A DNA stretch of 64,000 nt from Auanema rhodensis. Its lineage: Eukaryota; Animalia; Nematoda. Below are positions 55,201-64,000 of this stretch, piece by piece (within the stretch, counting starts at the first letter, position 1; the number at the start of each line of letters is the position of its first letter). Under the pieces are notes generated by a model. It searched no databases. It was not told the origin of the DNA and saw only the letters and a list, made by a program, of their open reading frames with translations. The translations under genes were made by a program, and so were the position numbers. The stretch lies in contig OZ059895.1 of NCBI GenBank assembly GCA_964057225.1, positions 21,762,001 to 21,826,000 of the forward strand. The letters are read 5' to 3'.

Positions 55201-58200
55201 TAACTAATTTTTGTATTAAGCGTTTCTCAATGTAGTATAGTGCATTCGATGCGGATTTTTAAGCTGCATCGATCTGTGTTATCAGATTTGCGCTAGCTTA
55301 AAAATGCACCGAGATATCAACTGATATAAGTTCACACTTATATCCTCGATTTTCACCCTGAAGAATTAATTTTTTCGTTGAATAACAATGTCCATCGTCT
55401 TTGCCTTAAAAAAGGTATCTAAAAACATCTACTTTTTGCTAAATTATTTTGAAATTTTTCGAAAAAATTTTTGTCAAAATGTTTTTGGAAGCAATGTTGA
55501 GTGTACATGGAAACTCAACATACACTAATGCATCATTTTTCAAACGATCATAACTAATTTTTGTATTAAGCGTTTCTCAATGTCGAATAGTGCATTCGAT
55601 GCGGATATTTAAGCTGCATCGATCTGTGTTATCAGATTTGCGCTAGCTTAAAAATGCACCGAGATATCAACTGATATAAGTTCACACTTATATCCTCGAT
55701 TTTCACCCTGAAGAATTAATTTTTTCGTTGAATAACATCGTCCATCGTCTTTGCCTTAAAAAAAGGAATCTGAGAACATCTACTTTTTGCTAAATTATTT
55801 TGAAATTTTTCGAAAAAATTTTTGTCAAAATGTTTTTGGAAGCAATGTTGAGTGTACATGGAAACTCAACATACACTAATGCATCATTTTTCAAACGATC
55901 ATAACTAATTTTTGTATTGAGCGTTTCTCAATGTCGAATAGTGCATTTGATGCGGATATTTAAGCTGCATCGATCTGTGTTATCAGATTTGCGCTAGCTT
56001 AAAAATGCACCGAGATATCAACTGATATAAGTTCACACTTATATCCTCGATTTTCACCCTGAAGAATTAATTTTTTCGTTGAATAACAATGTCCATCGTC
56101 TTTGCCTTAAAAAAAGGTATCTAAAAACATCTACTTTCTGCTAAATTATTTTGAAATTTTTCGAAAAAATTTTTGTCAAAATGTTTTTGGAAGCAATGTT
56201 GAGTGTACATGGAAACTCAACATACACTAATGCATCATTTTTCAAACGATCATAACTAATTTTTGTATTAAGCGTTTCTCAATGTAGTATAATGTAGTAT
56301 AGTGCATTCGATGCGGATTTTTAAGCTGCGTCGATCTGTTTTATCAGATTTGCGCTAGCTTAAAAATGCACCGAGATATCAACTGATATAAGTTCACACT
56401 TATATCCTCGATTTTCACCCTGAAGAATTAATTTTTTCGTTGAATAACAATGTCCATCGTCTTCGCCTTGAAAAAAGGAATCTAAAAACATCTACTTTTT
56501 ACTAAATTATTTTGAAATTTTTCGAAAAAATTTTTGTCAAAATGTTTTTGGAAGCAATGTTGAGTGTACATGGAAACTCAACATACACTAATGCATCATT
56601 TTTCAAACGATCATAACTAATTTTTGTATTGAGCGTTTCTCAATGTAGAATAGTGCATTCGATGCGGATTTTTAAGCTGCGTCGGTCTGTGTTATCAGAT
56701 TTGCGCTAGCTTAAAAATGCACCGAGATATCAACTGATATATGTTCACACTTACATCCTCGATTTTCACCCTGAAGAATTAATTTTTTCGTTGAATAACA
56801 TTGCCCATCGTCTTTGCCTTGAAAGAAAGAATCTGAAAACATCTACTTTTTGCTAAATTATTTTGAAATTTTTCGAAAAAATTTTTGTCAAAATGTTTTT
56901 GGAAGCAATGTTGAGTGTACATGGAAACTCAACATACACTAATGCATCATTTTTCAAACGATCATAACTAATTTTTGTATTGAGCGTTTCTCAATGTAGT
57001 ATAGTGCATTCGATGCGGATTTTTAAGCTGCGTCGATCTGTTTTATCAGATTTGCGCTAGCTTAAAAATGCACCGAGATATCAACTGATATAAGTTCACA
57101 CTTATATCCTTGATTTTCACCCTGAAGAATTAATTTTTTCGTTGAATAACATTGTCCATCGTCTTTGCCTTGAAAAAAGGAATCTAAAAACATCTACTTT
57201 TTGCTAAATTATTTTGAAATTTTTCGAAAAAATTTTTGTCAAAATGTTTTTGGAAGCAATGTTGAGTGTACATGGAAACTCAACATACACTAATGCATCA
57301 TTTTTCAAACGATCATAACTAATTTTTGTATTGAGCGTTTCTCAATGTAGTATAGTGCATTCGATGCGGATTTTTAAGCTGCATCGATCTGTGTTATCAG
57401 ATTTGCGCTAGCTTAAAAATGCACCGAGATATCAACTGATATAAGTTCACACTTATATCCTCGATTTTCACCCTGAAGAATTAATTTTTTCGTTGAATAA
57501 CAATGTCCATCGTCTTTGCCTTAAAAAAGGTATCTAAAAACATCTACTTTTTGCTAAATTATTTTGAAATTTTTCGAAAAAATTTTTGTCAAAATGTTTT
57601 TGGAAGCAATGTTGAGTGTACATGGAAACTCAACATACACTAATGCATCATTTTTCAAACGATCATAACTAATTTTTGTATTAAGCGTTTCTCAATGTCG
57701 AATAGTGCATTCGATGCGGATATTTAAGCTGCATCGATCTGTGTTATCAGATTTGCGCTAGCTTAAAAATGCACCGAGATATCAACTGATATAAGTTCAC
57801 ACTTATATCCTCGATTTTCACCCTGAAGAATTAATTTTTTCGTTGAATAACATCGTCCATCGTCTTTGCCTTAAAAAAAGGAATCTGAGAACATCTACTT
57901 TTTGCTAAATTATTTTGAAATTTTTCGAAAAAATTTTTGTCAAAATGTTTTTGGAAGCAATGTTGAGTGTACATGGAAACTCAACATACACTAATGCATC
58001 ATTTTTCAAACGATCATAACTAATTTTTGTATTGAGCGTTTCTCAATGTCGAATAGTGCATTTGATGCGGATATTTAAGCTGCATCGATCTGTGTTATCA
58101 GATTTGCGCTAGCTTAAAAATGCACCGAGATATCAACTGATATAAGTTCACACTTATATCCTCGATTTTCACCCTGAAGAATTAATTTTTTCGTTGAATA

Positions 58201-59343
58201 ACAATGTCCATCGTCTTTGCCTTAAAAAAAGGTATCTAAAAACATCTACTTTCTGCTAAATTATTTTGAAATTTTTCGAAAAAATTTTTGTCAAAATGTT
58301 TTTGGAAGCAATGTTGAGTGTACATGGAAACTCAACATACACTAATGCATCATTTTTCAAACGATCATAACTAATTTTTGTATTAAGCGTTTCTCAATGT
58401 AGTATAATGTAGTATAGTGCATTCGATGCGGATTTTTAAGCTGCGTCGATCTGTTTTATCAGATTTGCGCTAGCTTAAAAATGCACCGAGATATCAACTG
58501 ATATAAGTTCACACTTATATCCTCGATTTTCACCCTGAAGAATTAATTTTTTCGTTGAATAACAATGTCCATCGTCTTCGCCTTGAAAAAAGGAATCTAA
58601 AAACATCTACTTTTTACTAAATTATTTTGAAATTTTTCGAAAAAATTTTTGTCAAAATGTTTTTGGAAGCAATGTTGAGTGTACATGGAAACTCAACATA
58701 CACTAATGCATCATTTTTCAAACGATCATAACTAATTTTTGTATTGAGCGTTTCTCAATGTAGAATAGTGCATTCGATGCGGATTTTTAAGCTGCGTCGG
58801 TCTGTGTTATCAGATTTGCGCTAGCTTAAAAATGCACCGAGATATCAACTGATATATGTTCACACTTACATCCTCGATTTTCACCCTGAAGAATTAATTT
58901 TTTCGTTGAATAACATTGCCCATCGTCTTTGCCTTGAAAGAAAGAATCTGAAAACATCTACTTTTTGCTAAATTATTTTGAAATTTTTCGAAAAAATTTT
59001 TGTCAAAATGTTTTTGGAAGCAATGTTGAGTGTACATGGAAACTCAACATACACTAATGCATCATTTTTCAAACGATCATAACTAATTTTTGTATTGAGC
59101 GTTTCTCAATGTAGTATAGTGCATTCGATGCGGATTTTTAAGCTGCGTCGATCTGTTTTATCAGATTTGCGCTAGCTTAAAAATGCACCGAGATATCAAC
59201 TGATATAAGTTCACACTTATATCCTTGATTTTCACCCTGAAGAATTAATTTTTTCGTTGAATAACATTGTCCATCGTCTTTGCCTTGAAAAAAGGAATCT
59301 AAAAACATCTACTTTTTGCTAAATTATTTTGAAATTTTTCGAA
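52297..59343. repeat. 6-monomer higher-order repeat with a 2115-bp period (one 350-bp and one 361-bp monomer per period)
   Basis: The 10-bp duplication AATGTAGTAT x2 starts at 54166, 56281 and 58396 (spacing 2115 = 6x351+10-1). The linked variants GTCGAAT, CTGAGAAC, TTTCTGC and TTTTACTAA recur at the same spacing. Confidence 0.92.
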
Positions 59344-62300
59344 AAAATTTTTGTCAAAATGTTTTTGGAAGCAATGTTGAGTGTACATGGAAACTCAACA
59401 TACACTAATGCATCATTTTTCAAACGATCATAACTAATTTTTGTATTGAGCGTTTTTCAATGTAGAATAGTGCATTCGATGCGGATTTTTAAGCTGCGTC
59501 GGTCTGTGTTATCAGATTTGCGCTAGCTTAAAAATGCACCGAGATATCAACTGATATATGTTCACACTTACATCCTCGATTTTCACCCTGAAGAATTAAT
59601 TTTTTCGTTGAATAACATTGTCCATCGTCTTTGCCTTGAAAGAAAGAATCTGAAAACATCTACTTTTTGCTAAATTATTTTGAAATTTTTCGAAAAAATT
59701 TTTGTCAAAATGTTTTTGGAAGCAATGTTGAGTGTACATGGAAACTCAACATACACTAATGCATCATTTTTCAAACGATCATAACTAATTTTTGTATTGA
59801 GCGTTTTTCAATGTAGAATAGTGCATTCGATGCGGATTTTTAAGCTGCGTCGGTCTGTGTTATCAGATTTGCGCTAGCTTAAAAATGCACCGAGATATAA
59901 ACTGATATAAGTTCACACTTATATCCTCGATTTTCACCCTGAAGAATTAATTTTTTCGTTGAATAACATTGTCCATCGTCTTTGCCTTGAAAAAAGAAAT
60001 CTAAAAACATCTACTTTTTGCTAAATTATTTTGAAATTTTTCGAAAAAATTTTTGTCAAAATGTTTTTGGAAGCAATGTTGAGTGTACATGGAAACTCAA
60101 CATACACTAATGCATCATTTTTCAAACGATCATAACTAATTTTTGTATTAAGCGTTTCTCAATGTAGTATAGTGCATTCGATGCGGATTTTTAAGCTGCG
60201 TCGATCTGTTTTATCAGATTTGCGCTAGCTTAAAAATGCACCGAGATATCAACTGATATAAGTTCACACTTATATCCTCGATTTTCACCCTGAAGAATTA
60301 ATTTTTTCGTTGAATAACAATGTCCATCGTCTTCGCCTTGAAAAAAGGAATCTAAAAACATCTACTTTTTACTAAATTATTTTGAAATTTTTCGAAAAAA
60401 TTTTTGTCAAAATGTTTTTGGAAGCAATGTTGAGTGTACATGGAAACTCAACATACACTAATGCATCATTTTTCAAACGATCATAACTAATTTTTGTATT
60501 GAGCGTTTTTCAATGTAGAATAGTGCATTCGATGCGGATTTTTAAGCTGCGTCGGTCTGTGTTATCAGATTTGCGCTAGCTTAAAAATGCACCGAGATAT
60601 CAACTGATATATGTTCACACTTACATCCTCGATTTTCACCCTGAAGAATTAATTTTTTCGTTGAATAACATTGTCCATCGTCTTTGCCTTGAAAGAAAGA
60701 ATCTGAAAACATCTACTTTTTGCTAAATTATTTTGAAATTTTCCGAAAAAATTTTTGTCAAAATGTTTTTGGAAGCAATGTTGAGTGTACATGGAAACTC
60801 AACATACACTAATGCATCATTTTTCAAACGATCATAACTAATTTTTGTATTGAGCGTTTCTCAATGTAGTATAGTGCATTCGATGCGGATTTTTAAGCTG
60901 CGTCGATCTGTGTTATCAGATTTGCGCTAGCTTAAAAATGCACCGAGATATCAACTGATATAAGTTCACATTTATATCCTCGATTTTCACCCTGAAGAAT
61001 TAATTTTTTCGTTGAATAACATTGTCCATCGTCTTTGCCTTGAAAAAAAAAATCTGAAAACATCTACTTTTTGCTAAATTATTTTGAAATTTTTCGAAAA
61101 AATTTTTGTCAAAATGTTTTTGGAAGCAATGTTGAGTGTACATGGAAACTCAACATACACTAATGCATCATTTTTCAAACGATCATAACTAATTTTTGTA
61201 TTAAGCGTTTCTCAATGTAGTATAGTGCATTCGATGCGGATTTTTAAGCTGCGTCGGTCTGTGTTATCAGATTTGCGCTAGCTTAAAAATGCACCGAGAT
61301 ATCAACTGATATAAGTTCACACTTATATCCTCGATTTTCACCCTGAAGAATTACTTTTCTTGTTGAATAACATTGTCCATCGTCTTTGCCTTGAAAAAAG
61401 GAATCTGAAAACATCTACTTTTTGCTAAATTATTTTGAAATTTTTCGAAAAAATTTTTGTCAAAATGTTTTTGGAAGCAATGTTGAGTGTACATGGAAAC
61501 TCAACATACACTAATGCATCATTTTTCAAACGATCATAACTAATTTTTGTATTAAGCGTTTCTCAATGTAGTATAGTGCATTCGATGCGGATTTTTAAGC
61601 TGCATCGATCTGTGTTATCAGATTTGCGCTAGCTTAAAAATGCACCGAGATATCAACTGATATAAGTTCACACTTATATCCTCGATTTTCACCCTGAAGA
61701 ATTAATTTTTTCGTTGAATAACAATGTCCATCGTCTTTGCCTTAAAAAAGGTATCTAAAAACATCTACTTTTTGCTAAATTATTTTGAAATTTTTTGAAA
61801 AAATTTTTGTCAAAATGTTTTTGGAAGCAATGTTGAGTGTACATGGAAACTCAACATACACTAATGCATCATTTTTCAAACGATCATAACTAATTTTTGT
61901 ATTGAGCGTTTTTCAATGTAGAATAGTGCATTCGATGCGGATTTTTAAGCTGCGTCGGTCTGTGTTATCAGATTTGCGCTAGCTTAAAAATGCACCGAGA
62001 TATCAACTGATATATGTTCACACTTACATCCTCGATTTTCACCCTGAAGAATTAATTTTTTCGTTGAATAACATTGTCCATCGTCTTTGCCTTGAAAGAA
62101 AGAATCTGAAAACATCTACTTTTTGCTAAATTATTTTGAAATTTTCCGAAAAAATTTTTGTCAAAATGTTTTTGGAAGCAATGTTGAGTGTACATGGAAA
62201 CTCAACATACACTAATGCATCATTTTTCAAACGATCATAACTAATTTTTGTATTGAGCGTTTCTCAATGTAGTATAGTGCATTCGATGCGGATTTTTAAG

Positions 62301-64000
62301 CTGCGTCGATCTGTGTTATCAGATTTGCGCTAGCTTAAAAATGCACCGAGATATCAACTGATATAAGTTCACACTTATATCCTCGATTTTCACCCTGAAG
62401 AATTAATTTTTTCGTTGAATAACATTGTCCATCGTCTTTGCCTTGAAAAAAAAAATCTGAAAACATCTACTTTTTGCTAAATTATTTTGAAATTTTTCGA
62501 AAAAATTTTTGTCAAAATGTTTTTGGAAGCAATGTTGAGTGTACATGGAAACTCAACATACACTAATGCATCATTTTTCAAACGATCATAACTAATTTTT
62601 GTATTAAGCGTTTCTCAATGTAGTATAGTGCATTCGATGCGAATTTTTAAGCTGCGTCGATCTGTGTTATCAGATTTGCGCTAGCTTAAAAATGCACCGA
62701 GATATCAACTGATATAAGTTCACACTTATATCCTCGATTTTCACCCTGAAGAATTAATTTTTTCGTTGAATAACATTGTCCATCGTCTTTGCCTTGAAAA
62801 AAGGAATCTGAAAACATCTACTTTTTGCTAAATTATTTTGAAATTTTTCGAAAAAATTTTTGTCAAAATGTTTTTGGAAGCAATGTTGAGTGTACATGGA
62901 AACTCAACATACACTAATGCATCATTTTTCAAACGATCATAACTAATTTTTGTATTGAGCGTTTTTCAATGTAGAATAGTGCATTCGATGCGGATTTTTA
63001 AGCTGCGTCGGTCTGTGTTATCAGATTTGCGCTAGCTTAAAAATGCACCGAGATATCAACTGATATATGTTCACACTTACATCCTCGATTTTCACCCTGA
63101 AGAATTAATTTTTTCGTTGAATAACATTGTCCATCGTCTTTGCCTTGAAAGAAAGAATCTGAAAACATCTACTTTTTGCTAAATTATTTTGAAATTTTCC
63201 GAAAAAATTTTTGTCAAAATGTTTTTGGAAGCAATGTTGAGTGTACATGGAAACTCAACATACACTAATGCATCATTTTTCAAACGATCATAACTAATTT
63301 TTGTATTGAGCGTTTCTCAATGTAGTATAGTGCATTCGATGCGGATTTTTAAGCTGCGTCGATCTGTGTTATCAGATTTGCGCTAGCTTAAAAATGCACC
63401 GAGATATCAACTGATATAAGTTCACACTTATATCCTCGATTTTCACCCTGAAGAATTAATTTTTTCGTTGAATAACATTGTCCATCGTCTTTGCCTTGAA
63501 AAAAAAAATCTGAAAACATCTACTTTTTGCTAAATTATTTTGAAATTTTTCGAAAAAATTTTTGTCAAAATGTTTTTGGAAGCAATGTTGAGTGTACATG
63601 GAAACTCAACATACACTAATGCATCATTTTTCAAACGATCAAAACTAATTTTTGTATTAAGCGTTTCTCAATGTAGTATAGTGCATTCGATGCGAATTTT
63701 TAAGCTGCGTCGATCTGTGTTATCAGATTTGCGCTAGCTTAAAAATGCACCGAGATATCAACTGATATAAGTTCACACTTATATCCTCGATTTTCACCCT
63801 GAAGAATTAATTTTTTCGTTGAATAACATTGTCCATCGTCTTTGCCTTGAAAAAAGGAATCTGAAAACATCTACTTTTTGCTAAATTATTTTGAAATTTT
63901 TCGAAAAAATTTTTGTCAAAATGTTTTTGGAAGCAATGTTGAGTGTACATGGAAACTCAACATACACTAATGCATCATTTTTCAAACGATCATAACTAAT

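Larger units (their letters stand above)
1..64000. repeat. Tandem satellite DNA array, 351-bp monomer, ~182.3 copies, single orientation
   Basis: AAAATTTTTGTCAAAAT recurs at 1, 352, 704, 1055 ... 63906. The indels seen (one +1, eight -1, three +10) account exactly for 182 x 351 + 23 = 63905. Monomer 1 has 113/351 G+C. No unique sequence interrupts the array, and it runs off both ends of the window. Confidence 0.99.
44570..64000. repeat. Haplotype domain C
   Basis: GATATAAG (m216 A) is nearly fixed. The new variants ATCTGAAAAC (m309 G), GCGAATT (m141 A) and purine-run alleles GAAAAAAAAAATC, GAAAGAAAGAATC and GAAAAAAGAAATC first appear from ~44870 onward. Confidence 0.8.

Noticed and set aside
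63540-63737. 65-aa ORF from the ORF track
   Set aside because: It starts at TTG and reaches this length only because of a private T>A at 63642 (TAA>AAA). The other monomers have a stop here, and the peptide is translated satellite.
1-64000. CRISPR array
   Set aside because: There are no unique spacers; the entire 351-bp unit repeats and no cas genes are present.

Overview
The whole 64 kb window is one uninterrupted head-to-tail array of an AT-rich (~32% GC) satellite with a 351-bp monomer, all in one orientation. It holds 182 complete monomers plus 95 bp of a 183rd. I see no genes, RNA genes, transposon insertions or CRISPR spacers; the single listed ORF arises from one TAA>AAA substitution in one monomer. 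I cannot assign the satellite to a named family or species. It looks like eukaryotic (peri)centromeric or heterochromatic DNA, and CpG is not depleted. The informative signal is in two places. First, the monomer is packed with dyads, including a ~70-bp segment with two mutually exclusive folds, and several recurrent variants create or perfect hairpin stems. Second, shared variants reveal three haplotype domains and nested higher-order duplications of 3, 4, 6, 9-11, 15, 17 and 18 monomers. 'm' numbers are positions in the monomer starting at window position 1. All counts were made by eye.
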